Both the position numbers and the translations under genes were made by a program. Positions 9,201 through 22,291 of a stretch of 64,000 nt of DNA are shown here, piece after piece. The notes below the pieces were generated by a model. It ran no database searches. It was given only the letters and a program-made list of their open reading frames with translations, and was not told where the DNA came from. How positions within the stretch are numbered: the first letter of the stretch is position 1; each line of letters starts with the position of its first letter. Origin of the DNA: Bugula neritina (taxonomy: Eukaryota > Animalia > Bryozoa); the NCBI GenBank assembly GCA_964035545.1, contig OZ037766.1:372001-436000 (forward strand), read 5' to 3'.

Positions 9201-12200
9201 AAGCACTCTAAACAACAGAGCAACTCTACTTGTGAGAAAGGACCTCAAGTTACATAATAATAGATCAATTGATAAAAAACAGTTCAGCTACAATTTTTTC
9301 AGCAACCGTTCATTTGATTTTATTTTCACAAATATTTTACTCCTGGCCAGCAAAACGGACCTTGAAAGCCATGCCGGCATTATTAATCAGGATATCCAGT
9401 CCACCGTGATCTTTAGTCAGCTTCTCTTTGACAGCAGCAAAGGTTTCAGGTTTTGTGAGATCAGCCTCTAAGAACTGAGCTTTCAGACCCTCTGACTGCA
9501 GTTTCTTCGCTGCCTCTTCCCCATTGGCAGCGCTTCGTGCTGTAAATTATGACAACACAGAGGGCTTGGAGAGAAGTACAGACATCCTAACATGTTGAAG
9601 GTAATGTGCAGAGTAGGTAATATAAATAACTTGAAATCTTAGTGGGTTATTCCTGCCAAAGGACTTCAGCTGGCCATAATAGTTATGTAGGTCACAGTAG
9701 TTATGTACGTCAAAGTAACGGCACACAACACTCACATGTTCCATAAATTGTCCAATCAGGATGCTCCTTACAAAGTCTTCTAACTATGCCATAACCAATA
9801 CCTTGATTTGCTCCAGTAACCTGGTTATAGAATACTGAGTATATACTAGTATGTAATGTGTTCTTATGTATGTTGAGTCAGTGTATATGGTAGTCATGTT
9901 CACTTTGCTAGCCACATATGAGTTTCACAGCATGAATTGAACACCAGGAAAACCATGGCAGTTTTGCCATTTTAAAGAGAAATGTGCGATTTGAACCAAA
10001 CTAAACTTACTCTGCATTACTCTCCTTTCAAACTAGTAAGCCAAGTGTGGTTTTAGTTTGAATCAATGAGTTGAAGTACATTCTAACTTTATATTATTTC
10101 ACTTTCTGCAGCCTGTCTCAATGTATTGTCTGTGTCAATGTAGACCATAGAAGACACAAGATATTCATTTTGATTTTAATTTGCAAATTTTACAGACACT
10201 AAAGAGCATTTTTTTAAAGATATTAATTTATGTAGTGAGTTAGTTAATTAGAATGCTAATACAGATTAACTAATGATGAATGTAACTGATTCAGAGTGCA
10301 ATGTGTGTTCTAAGGACACAATGGTTATTGATAAACTTATACTTGGATATTAATAAAAAACTCACGCAAGTTTATAGTCACCATCCCTGTGAGAAACGCT
10401 TGATGGAAGGGGTTTTTGTTAAATTGGGGTAAGAACTTAATCAGATAGTTTCAAACATAATTAGCTATGATAACCAGCATTTCTGGTGACTATCAATACC
10501 TTCGGTCACACATATATGTAGTGCAGCGAGTAATGAAATGTACACCTACTACTATATATAGTGCTTCCTTTTCTATAAATTTCATGACATATTTCACTGC
10601 ATACAAGTCGCGTGTATTTCAGCAGAACTTTATGAGACTTAGAAAATAGTCTGCATGCAGTGCCATCATGTTGTTATAAATTATTAAACACAGTAAATTA
10701 TCTAACTTGCTAAAGACAGGACTCAGGAGTCTGTATAAAATGTCACACCAAATGTCAACAACTGCCTTAAAATGAATAAGCAGTTTAATTTAACTAAAAC
10801 AAAGTGTACTACACAATGTTTGTTATTGTAAAAACACAAATATAGTTATTAATTACTTTTGTATCAGTACCTGTACCACTGTAAGTTTTATGCTATATAA
10901 TGTTCTAATAAAGTATACTAAACCAATAGACTCTGAGTGAGATAGTATTTGTAGAAATTCAACGTAACAAAACCATCACTAAATCTTAGAGTGCATATTC
11001 GATATTTATATGACCGAATATCAGATTATAAAGATCAGCAAGTCATGACAAATGACTATTATATTGATTGTCATATCAATTATTTGTTTATAGTAATAAA
11101 AGTTAAACTTTAGAAAACGCAAAAATGCAAGATTAAACAAGGCAACACCGTCTTGCCTCAAATATAAGTTTCAAATTATAAAATGATACGAATTATCACT
11201 ATGGGATGAAATACTAATCGATATAATTAAATACAAACATTTCACCTGCTATTTTCAGCCATGGTTAAAGCTGCACTATATTAATATGGGCTAGCCATAT
11301 TTTGATTTCTATTTTACATCAACTTTTCACTACACTCTACAGCTTTTAGGATGAGTATTAGATTAGATTGCTATTACACTTACATTTACAGTTCTACGAC
11401 TAGTAATAGTAATACTTTTAGTATTTATTTAATCTAAGTTTTAATAATTACAATTAGAATTAGTACTAGTAACTCTTAATTCATCAAAAGCATTATATTT
11501 ATCATCAACATAATTTTATTGAATGATCAAAATCAGAAAATGAAAATTACTGAATACTATTAGTATTTGGTAGTTAAACGTTTTATTTACCATCAGTATT
11601 TCAGTATTTGGTATCCGGAATAGTAATTTACTAATATTAATAACAATAACAGTAACACTACTCAATTACTATTACTGTTAGTATTACAATTACTATTAGT
11701 ATTACTTATTAGTATTACTATTAGTGTTAGAGTTGGCCATTTAATTTTATTGACATTACAAACTTGTGATTACAATTAGTTTTACTATAAATTTTGTAAC
11801 TACTATTGCATTACCATGAGTATTACCAAATTTAATAGTAATAATATTAATAATGATTCTTATTATAATAATGAATGCGTCGGAATAGCTCAGTTGGTAG
11901 AACACATTATTCTAAACCCAGAGTTCCGAGCATGTTCCGGGTACGATTCCCAACTGCTGCATTTTTCCGGCAAAAAGCTTTGCACATTACCTTGCTGGGT
12001 CCTACTAGGATTAAGACATAAAAATTAGTTCCTAAAAACTCAAGATGATGAATTACAATAGAAAGAATAAAGCTAACGGCAGGATGTCTAGCCGAGCAAG
12101 GCATGTCTCGTCCGGCAGTGGGTATGTGGAGGACCAGGCAACCTACGGTCGTCAACCTGTTACTGGCACAACTAGAAGATATTCAAGAGCAGACAACAAA

Positions 12201-15200
12201 GCTGTCATGGAATGCTACTTCAAAAGTAGACCTGGAGTGAGGGCTTATAGAAAAAGAATGTATGAACTCTGGATGGAAAGAGGAGGGTTTGACATCAGCG
12301 AACAGAGACTAGCAGATCAAGCAAGAACTATAAAGAAACACAAGCATTTCACAGAGGAAGAACTCCATTAGACTGAAGAAGGAACTTTGCAAGAACTAGG
12401 CACAACAATTGATGAAGAAGGTCATGAAGAGCTAGATCGACACATAGAAGAGGATATAATAGTTCAGCATGAGATAGCAGATGTACCAACGATAAGAATT
12501 TTAAGATTATCTAGTTCAGAGGCAGAAAAAGTACTAGTTGAAAAAAATTATAGATGAGCGTAGCAGACTAATGCTCGACCAAGCGCCTTTACGCACATTG
12601 AGAGGGTCAAATTACTACAGGTAGTAAGACAGATTAACGAAGTGCTAGACTGTGTTGAGATTATTAATATCACCGAGCTCAATGACACCATCATGGCTTG
12701 TGCAATAATAGTAACAGAACAAGTATGTAACAATACGGAAAGAAGAAAACCTGACAATGTACCAGCATGGAAAGTACGACTACAGAACAAATCAAGAGAA
12801 ATTAGATCAGACTTGAGTAAAGTAGTAGAGTGAAAAGAAGACCTTACAATGATCCATTGAGAAGAAGGCTTGAAGGAAAGTATAGGTTAAAAAATGAAGG
12901 ATATTATGTAGTGATTGAAGAACTGAAGCAAAATCTGAGGGCTGTAAGTCAGAAGATAAACAGATATACAGAACGAGTCGAACAATATAACCAGAACAGG
13001 ATGTTTACAAACAATAAAAAGCGCTTCTATCAAGAATTACAAGGAACTGAATGTACATCTAAAGAGGCACCTGACAAGGAAGAGTTAAAAACGTTCGAGC
13101 AAAATATCTGGGATCAGCCAACTAAACATAATACCAACGCAGAATGGCTAAATAAAGTAAGTAACAAGTTGGAGCATATAGAAAAACAACAGAATTTATG
13201 CATCACAGTGACTGATGTGAAGAAGATGACAAGCAAAATGCCCAATTGGAAATCACCAGGACCAGATGGAGTTCAAGGATATCGGGTTAAGCACCTGACA
13301 AAGCTGCATACACTGATGGCTGACCACCTGCAGAAGTCCTTGGATAACGGGGATGTCCCAGAATGGATGACATCAGGCAAAACAGCATTGATAATGAATA
13401 ATCCAGCTGAAGGAAAGTAACCGGGAAGCTATAGAACAAATACCTGCTTGCCACTTATGTGGAAAACATTGACAGGCATATTAGCTGACAAGCTGTATGA
13501 TCATCTCTCAGAGCAAAATGTCATTGGAGAAGAACAAAAAGGCTGCATTAGAAAGTCAAGATCATCTCATGTTTGACAAGGAAATCATGTGTGACTTGAA
13601 AAAGAGAAGTACCAATCTAGCAATGTGTTGGATAGACTATCAAAAGGCATATGACATGGTACCACACTCATGGATCTTCGAAACAATGCAACTAACTGGA
13701 AGGACTAGTAATGTGATAAGGTAGATAAGAAAAAGCATGAGGTCTTGGTAAACACAACTGGAGTACCTTGGAGAAAAGATCAGAGAAAAAGACATCAAGC
13801 GAGGAATTTTCCAAGGAGACTCTCTATCTCCACTCCTCCTTGTGACTGCTCTTATCCCTCCATCAGTTCTAATGAGAGAAGCGGCTCAAGGATACAAGTT
13901 TCGACAGGGCCGAAAAATAAACCATCTTCTATATATGGATTGACTTGAAGCTATACGAGAAATCGAAGCCAGAACTGGAAGCTTTGGTGAACACTGCCAG
14001 GATCTTCACAAGAGATGTAGAAATGAAATTTGGGTTACAGAAATGTGCCACACTTGTTATAAAAAGAGGAAAGAAAATTGAAGGCACAGGAATCACTATG
14101 CCTGATGAACAGGTAATCAAACATCTAGACGAGGAGCCGTATAAGCACCTAGGAGTTCTTGAGACAGATAGATAGAGTTCTTGGCTGCGCAAGAGCAAGC
14201 ATTCCCTACTAGAAAGTATAACGTAGCTATAATGAAAGGACAAGGTGATTGATTGATTTATTGCATATCACAAACATGACAACACGTTGGGAAATTCAGT
14301 GTAAATACTGGCTGTAATATAAGTAGGAATGAACAAAAATGAGAGAAAAAGTCAAAACTCCGTTGCATTATTTAAAACAAAAGCTCATTTAAAGTATTTG
14401 CAAGATATCGCAAGAAGTAGCAAGAAGTGTCGATGTGTAATGCAAAGGACGAAACTATGATGCATATACTGAGCGAATATGAGAAGTTAGCACAAGGAGA
14501 ATATAAGAAAAGACACGACCGTGTGGCATCGATAATTCACTGGGAGTTGTGTGAACTTCATGAATTTCAGAGAAGCAAAAATTGGTACGACCACTGCGCA
14601 GAATCAGTACTGGAGAATGACAATGTAAAAATCTTGTGAGACTTCAACATACACACCGACAGAGTCATCGAAGCTAAGAGGCCTGATATGGTAGTAGTTG
14701 ACAAGCGTAATGCTGAAACAATGATTATCGATATTTTTATGTTGTGTTAGTTGCAGTTATTATATTTATGCTGTAGAGACTACACTCGGTTGAGGGCTAA
14801 AAACTATATGTTTATTTGTAAATCTACATCTTATATATGTACAGAACATGACGTCATACAGTTGTAATCATCATCTGATTCACGCAGTAATAACAAACAA
14901 CACCATTGCATGCTGTAAACATTCAAAACATTACAGATCTCGCAGTGGCTGGTGAGTACAGAGGGAAAGAAAAAGAATCGGAGAAGATAGGAAAATATCA
15001 GGATTTAGCACTAGAGTTAACCCACTTCTGGAAAACATCAACAAAAGTCATCACCAATGTAATTGGAGCCCTTGGAGTTTCATACAAGACTGCAGACTGG
15101 ATGGCACTACTTGCCCTTGGTGCAGCTGAAAACAAATACTAACTGATTCAGCAGATAGCCTTACTAGGATCAGCTCACATCATGAGGAAAGTTCTATCCA

Positions 15201-15792
15201 TCCCAGCTTAGTGGAACTAGGCCGAAGGTAGAAGGTTACACCAGCTAAAAAGCTGTGATACAATCAATAATAATAATAATATCACTATTAGTATTACTAC
15301 TAGTAGTACTAGTAGTAATACTATTAGTATTACTATTAGTATTATTTAAACTTAATGTCATTAGTATTACTATTACTAATAGTAATACTCTAATAGTAAT
15401 ACTAATACTCATAGTGATAGTAATACTTATACTAAGAGTTAGAGTAATAGTATTAGACCATTACTATTAGTATTAAAAATACTAATTATTACTAGTAACT
15501 AATAGTAATAGTAATACTGATACATTTACTAATACTAATAGTAATACTAATATTAAAATTTAATGTACTTAATACTAATAGTAATAGCTATAACTATAAG
15601 TATAAGACTAAGTAATACTATTACTAATACTAATAGTAATAGTAATACTATTAGTATTAGTATTACTATTAGTATTAGAGTATTACTATTAGTATTAGTA
15701 TTAGTATTAGTAAAACTAAATGTAATACTTTGATTTAAACTTTAAATTCAAACAACATGATTGAAAATACAGACCAGTGCAACTTTTGCCAT
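6237..15792 (-). CDS. Carbonyl reductase 1-like SDR, copy 1 (exons 15792-15775, 9820-9736, 9539-9361, 9207-9095, 8742-8599, 7597-7453, 7082-7019, 6331-6237)
   Basis: GT-AG spliced translation gives MAKVAL|VTGANQGIG (TGxxxGxG), LDILINNAG, GWPDDAAYSVSK (YxxxK), CPGYV and GADTPYYLAVLPP...W. This layout is typical of CBR1-type SDRs, and exon phases are consistent. Confidence 0.9.
6299..6947. repeat. 59-bp tandem repeat, 11 units, each made of the last intron's acceptor plus the start of the last CBR exon
   Basis: Unit GTAAGACAGCGAGGTAGTAGGGTGTGTCAGCACCTACAGTATAACACAGAATATGAGCT; the minus strand reads ...TTATACTGTAG|GTGCTGACACACC... Confidence 0.97.
7222..7452. repeat. 23-bp minisatellite starting at the exon-6 splice donor of CBR copy 1
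   Basis: Minus-strand unit GTAAGTATATGATATATTATAGT, about 10 copies. Confidence 0.92.
8210..8460. repeat. 21-bp intronic minisatellite (AGTAGAATGGAGAGTATATGT-like)
   Basis: About 12 tandem units. Confidence 0.92.
11874..15282 (+). mobile_element. Decayed non-LTR retrotransposon with restriction-like endonuclease (R4/Dong-type) in intron 1 of CBR copy 1
   Basis: Fragmented ORF with N-terminal ...MECYF...YRKRMYELW...EQRLADQAR, RT motifs (KSPGPDG, WIDYQKAYDMVPH, GIFQGDSLSP, frameshifted YMD), RHDRV and RPD.V..D nuclease motifs; TAA-repeat context at both ends; many stops and frameshifts. Confidence 0.85.
11877..11961 (+). promoter_or_regulatory. tRNA-derived head (Pol III A/B-box-like) at the 5' end of the LINE
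   Basis: TAGCTCAGTTGGTAGA (A box/D arm) and GGGTACGATTCCC (B-box-like); no convincing acceptor or anticodon stem. Confidence 0.6.
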
Positions 15793-17019
15793 TTCTGCTC
15801 TTTAAATCGCAAGCAAACTCAATAAATAGATAATAAATGTGAAATCACAGAAATGCTCAGCCTGCACGTCGGAGCTCCTAAGTACTGCGTCCAAGACTAA
15901 TGGTACTAGTGCAAGGTAAAGTGAAACTGAACGAGATAAAAGTTGATTTATCTGAAACGAAACCAACTTAGCTTAAAATAGACATACTGGAACCGTTGAT
16001 GACTTGACTTGGAATCTTATAATATTTTACAAGTAATAATCGATAGATGTAATACGTTTGCAGGCTTTGAGGCTATACATTTTGCGTGATTTAATAGCAC
16101 TCGACCAATGAAATTAACATTCTCATCATGGCACGTGTTATCAGCTAACTTTATAATGATATTTGATTCCCCACCTTGAAACCGTTTGTTGTCAGCTAGT
16201 AAATCCAAGCTTGTATTGCTACATAAAATCTAAGAGTTATATCACGCTGCATAATGATTGTCACAAAATAGCAAACGTTCTATAACCAGAGTTTCTTAGT
16301 GAATATTGCTAGCAGACAACTCCTATGCATAGCTATTGCCAGCTGGACGTGCCAGCAATTGAAATAAGTATATTAGCAGAATTAATGCAAGAACGGGATG
16401 CTTTGTGAAGCTCTAGCGTCTAAATTCTATTGGACTCTCAAAATGGATACAGTGGTATCGGAAATATAAGTTTGCTTTATTTATTTATGTACATAACGTA
16501 GTAAATAAAACAATATTTCTCATTTATACACTTTTATTGAAAATATATGAATTTAGAACATAGTAACACGTATATCCAACGCAAATAGAAATTATAGCTG
16601 TGATCACAGAACGCTGACACAAGAAATAGCTGAATTCTGACAGAGAAAAAGTAAAGTTACAGAAATTTATCTACTAGTCAAGAGTGGTACACAGAAAGGA
16701 TCACCTTCAACACAACGTATCTCTTTGCCATGAAAACTTGAAGCAATCAATTTCTATCAGCAATATAAAAACTAAGCGAGTAAACTTGAGTATACAAATA
16801 GTAAAAATAAAAATCAGAATAAACGAATATGCTGATGAAAAGTATAAAAGTTCAGTCAAAACAATGAAAAGTAACTTACACAACCAACTAATGGGTATGT
16901 CAAACATCAATACAGTTTATCAGTCAATAAAATCAAATAGTAAAACTCAGAGCTTCAAAAAGAAGGACGAGCTGAGAGAAAGTATAAACATAAGTCAGTG
17001 TCTTGAAGTTAATAAGGAG

Positions 17020-20000
17020 TTACTCCCACTTGACAATCTGTCTCTTGGACACATGTTGTCCTCTGATCTCTGTGTTTGGAGGTAAGACAGCGAGGTAGTA
17101 GGGTGTGTCAGCACCTACAGTATAACACAGAATATGAGTTGTAAGACAGCGAGGTAGTAGGGTGCGTCAGCACCTACAGTATAACACAGAATATGAGCTG
17201 TATTTTGGAGTTGTCATATTACTAGTATATATATAGTTTACACTAGACTGTCTTTCACTATATACTACATACCTTCATCTATGGTCAGATGTCCCTTGTG
17301 ACTGCTCATACTGGTGCTTACATACCCTGGGCAGACCTGAAAATATAAACAAAATCATAATGGAAACACAACTCCTGTTATCATCAAACTCAAAATACCA
17401 ATTATAATCAATACATATGGAAATTCATTAGCACAAAATTTCCAACTGTTCACCACAATGTATCATATACTTACAGCATTCACGACAATGTCCCTCTCGG
17501 ACACAGAGTTAAACTCCTGCTGATAGGCTCTGGCTAGGAGAGTATCTCCCAGTTTAGAGACGGAATAGGCAGCGTCATCAGGCCAACCTTTCTCAGCAAA
17601 ATCTCCAGCCTTCACGGCTCTGCAACACATGAGAGAGAATATTGTGTAATAGAATGAAACTCTGATATTCCGAATAATTGGAGGTCTGTACCTCTCCACA
17701 AACATGTATGCTACGTGTCGAGTGAATCAACACAAACATCCCAGTTGACATCCCCTCTCCCCACGTTACATTCACCCCTCCCTCCTCACATTACATCCAC
17801 CCCTCCCTCCTCACATTACATCCACCCCTTCCCTCCCTACATTACATCCACCCCTTCCCTCCCTACATTACATCCACTTCTTCCCTCCCTACATTACATT
17901 CACCCCTTCCCTCCCCCGCGTTACATCCACCCTCTCCTCCTCACATTACATCCACCCCTTCCTGCCCCAAGTTATAAACACTCACGAGACGAAGTCAGTC
18001 ATTGCCTGAAGGACTTGAGTCCTGGTCAGGGGAGGATCATTCTTAATAAATGAAGCGTATCTCTCGGGGTTCAACTTCTTAACCTTATGAAGGGCCATTG
18101 GAGCCACCAGGCTGGAGAGAACTACAACTCTAAAACAATCAGCAAATCAGCTCATGATCAATTAACAATAATAGTTCAATATTCAGGTGGACTTACTAGC
18201 TAGAAGGTGGAGGAAAACATTAAATAAAATACTTTATCACAGAACTGGATGTTTACGAGTGAAAATCATACAAACTTTCAACTTGATAACAAAACAATAT
18301 CCCAGAGAAGACAACTTCTTAACAAGTTCAAATGTTAAGGTAAAGCAGAGTACACAGTTTATAGAAAGGCATACAGTGTGTATACTTGGTCTGAATTACA
18401 GATAACCATTAACTATATTAAAGCAAAGTTAAGTATTAACCCAGGAATGCTGCCATAAACCAACATGTGTTAGAGCACTGACCTTGCTCCGTCCTTGAGA
18501 ATAGGAAATAGAGTGTCACACACCATATTAGTACCAAACACATTTGTAGCCAGAGTAACCTCAGCTTTCACAGCGTATGGGTCGGTGGAAGCACTCTAAA
18601 CAACAGAGCAACTCTACTTGTGAGAAAGGATCCCAAGTTACATAATAATGGACCAATCGATAAAAAACAGTTCAGCTACAGTTTTCTTTTCAGCAACCGT
18701 TCAATTTATTTTACTGTCACAAATACTTTACTCCCAGCCAGCAAAACGGACCTTGAAAGCCATGCCGGCATTATTAATCAGGATATCTAGTCCTCCGTGA
18801 TCTTTGGTCAGCTTCTCTTTAACGGCAGCAAAGGTTTCGGGTTTAGTGAGGTCAGCCTCTAAGAACTGAGCTTTCAGACCCTCTGACTGCAGCTTCTTCG
18901 CTGCCTCCTCCCCATTGGCAGCGCTTCGTGCTGTAAATTATGACAACACAGAGGGCTTGGAGACACAGTAGTTATGTAGGTCACAGTAGTTATGTAGGTC
19001 ACAGTAGTTATGTAGGTCACAGTAGTTATGTACGTTACAGTAGTTATGTAGGTCACAGTAGATATGTAGGTCACAGTAGTAATGTAGTTCACAGTAGTTA
19101 TGTGGGTCACAATGCACAATGTAAGTCAAAGTAACGGCACACAACACTCACATGTCCCATAAATTGTCCAATCAGGATGCTCCTTACAAAGTCTTCTGAC
19201 TATGCCATAACCAATACCTTGATTTGCTCCAGTGACCTGATTATAGAATAGTAAGATACTGAGTATATACTAGTATGTAATGTGTTCTTATGTATGTTGA
19301 GTCAGTGTATATGTTATGTTCACTTTGTGAGTCTCACAGCATGAAGTCAACACCAGGAAAACCATGGAAATTTTGCCATTTTAAAGAGAAATGTGTGATT
19401 TGAACCGAACTAAACTGTACATTTTAACTTTATAGTGCTTTCAATTTTACAAATTTTACTGATATATAAGAGCAATTTTCCTTATCATACTTTGTTTATA
19501 CCAATACACTATTTCATTACTGAATGATTCTAATAGATATTAGGCATGCTGTATATACCATGACTTGCAAAAACTCAATAGAGTCTCCCACAGGTGAGAA
19601 TATAGGATTAGTGGATAAAATAACAACAATCAAATATTTGCAGAAGATAGATGAATGAGAGCTGTTTGTTTAATTGAGGAGTCACACAGTAAAGCTTAAG
19701 TTTGAATGTTTTCAAACCTAATTGGTTATGATAACCACTATGTGATGACTGAGTAGACCTTTGGTGACATATAGATGTAGTACAGCAAGTAATGAAATGT
19801 ACACTCATCACTATATTATAACGTTTTATATAAATCATATGACACATTTCAGGGCATACAAGTTGCATGTATTTCAGCATAACTTTGACAGACTTAGGAA
19901 ATAGTTTACATGCAGTGCCAACGTGTTATTATAAATAATTAAACGAAGTAAATTCTCTAACTTGCTAAAGACGGGATACAGGATTCTGTATAGAGTGACA

Positions 20001-21149
20001 CACCAAATGTCAATAACTGCCTTAAAATGAATAAACATTAGTTACATTTAACTAAAACAAAGTGTACTACACAATGTTTGTTATTGTAAAAACATGAACA
20101 TCTTTATAATAATCACTTTGTATTACAGTACTTGTACCACTGTAAGTTTTATGCTATACAATATTCTAATAAAGTATATTAAACCAATAGACTCTGAGTA
20201 AAATAGTAATTGCAGTAAGTTAATATAACAAAACCATCACTAAATCTTACAGTGCATATTCAATATTGATATTATAAATATAAGAATATGAAGATCAGCA
20301 GCTCATGACAGATGACTGTTATGTTGATTGTCATATCAAATATTTGATTATAGTAAGAAAGATCAACACTAAAATTGGTAATTAAATTCTTTTATTTACT
20401 ATTAGTATTTCAGTATTTGGTACCCAGAGTAATTATTTACTAATAGTAATACTAATCATAACACTACTTAATTACTATCAGTATTACTATTAATATTAGT
20501 ATTACCCATCCTATAAGTTTTAATTTCATGAGTATTCCTACTATTGCATTATTATGACTCATGAACATCAGTATTACCAAATTGAAAATTAACAAGAATG
20601 GATATCTTTATAGTTTTCTCCCAAGAACGATAAGAGATATGAGGATCAGTACTGATTGAATGACTTCCAGAACAGTCCATGATTGTAAACCACACACAGG
20701 CAGGCTAGTTAAGTTAGCCTGTTAAGTTAATCTTCACAAAAATGTTAACATTGTTTAGACTACTGCCCAAGTACTGACAACTTATTTTCTATATGCGGCA
20801 CACCTCTTTTTCCTTCTAGGTAGGTCTAAGGTGAAAATAACATTGACAGGTATCGACAGGTAATTCCAATAGTAACAAATACAATTGTCATAAGATAATA
20901 ATACTAACACTAACAGCAATACTATGTCTATTGTATTACTATTAGTATTAGCATTACTACTACTACTAGTACTACTATTAGTATTACTATTACTATTAAT
21001 ATTACTATTAGTATTACTATTAGTATTACTATTACTATTAGTATTAGTATTAATTAGTATTAGTACCTAATACTTTGAGTTTGACTTAAACTTTAAAATT
21101 AAACAGTATGAATATAATGGAAAATACAGACCAGTGCAACTTTTGCCAT
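17020..21149 (-). CDS. Carbonyl reductase 1-like SDR, copy 2 (8 exons, apparently intact)
   Basis: Same exons as copy 1; ATG 21149, stop 17020-17022; VVVLSS and YSVSK intact; two units of the 59-bp repeat at 17082-17199. Confidence 0.88.
18964..19110. repeat. 18-bp intronic VNTR (CACAGTAGTTATGTAGGT); paralogous arrays at about 25268-25520 and 45677-45788
   Basis: Tandem units whose number differs among CBR copies. Confidence 0.92.
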
Positions 21150-22291
21150 TTCTACTCTTTGAATCGCAAGCAAACTCAATCAATAGATAATAAATGTGAA
21201 ATCACAGAAATGGTCAGCCTGCACGTCGGAGCTCCTAAGTACTACGTCGATACTACTAAAACAAGGTGAAGTGAAACTACGCGGCATATACTTGATTTAT
21301 TCGAAACGAAACCAACTTAGCTTAAAATAGACATACTGGAGTCGTTGATAATTTTACTTGGACCTTATCATTTTAAAAATACCATTTCAATGTAATAATC
21401 TAAATAATATGTTATACGTCTTCAGCGTTTGCAAGTTCAAAGGCTATATATTTTATGCTATCCAATAACACTTGACCAATGAAATTAACATCATTCTCAT
21501 CATGGCACGTGTTATCAGCTACGCGAGAAATATAAACTAGTAATTTATTGTCAGCGAGTAACTCCATGTTGTTAGCAGACAACTCCTATGCATATCTATT
21601 GCCAGCTGAAAGTGCCAGTAAGTCCAAGACAGTTGAAATAAGTATATTAGCAGAGTTAATGTAAGAATGGGTCGGTTTGTAAAACTCTAGCGTCTAAATT
21701 CTATTGAAGTCTCAAAATAGATACAGCGGTATCGGAAATATGAGTTTACTTTATTTAATAATGTAAATAGTGTAGTAAATAAAACAATATTTCTCATTTA
21801 TACACTTTTATTGAAAGTACATGAAGTTAGAACATAGTAACACGTATATCAATCATAAATAGAAATTATAGCTGTCATCACAAAACGCTGACAGAGGAAA
21901 TGGCTGAATTCTGACAAAGTAGAAGCAAAGTTACAGAAATATATCTACTAGCCAAGAGTGGGACACAGAAAGCATCACCTTCAACACAAAGTATCTCTTT
22001 GCCATGAAAAGTTAAAGCAATTTCTATCGGCAATATAAAAACTAAGCGAGTAAACTTGAGTATACACATAGTAAAAATGAAAATCAGAATAAACGAATAT
22101 GCTGATGAAAAGTATAAAAGTTAAAAAAAAACAACAGAAAGTAACTCACACAACCAACTAATGGATTTGTCAAACATCAATACAGATTATCAGTCAATAA
22201 AATCAAATAGTAAAACTCAGAGCTTCAGAAAGAAGGAAGAGCTGAGAGAAAGTATAAACATAAGTCAGTGTATCTTGAAGTTAATAAGGAG

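Noticed and set aside
11246-11262. Alternative first exon (ATGGCTGAAAATAGCAG|GT) for CBR copy 1
   Set aside because: Its phase does not match exon 2 and it is absent from the paralogs; the MAKVAL exon at 15792 fits.
11877-11961. Functional tRNA gene
   Set aside because: Only A/B-box-like motifs are present; no proper cloverleaf.
14733-14936. Insert of about 200 bp in the LINE as a solo LTR
   Set aside because: Termini and TSD are too degenerate to support a call.
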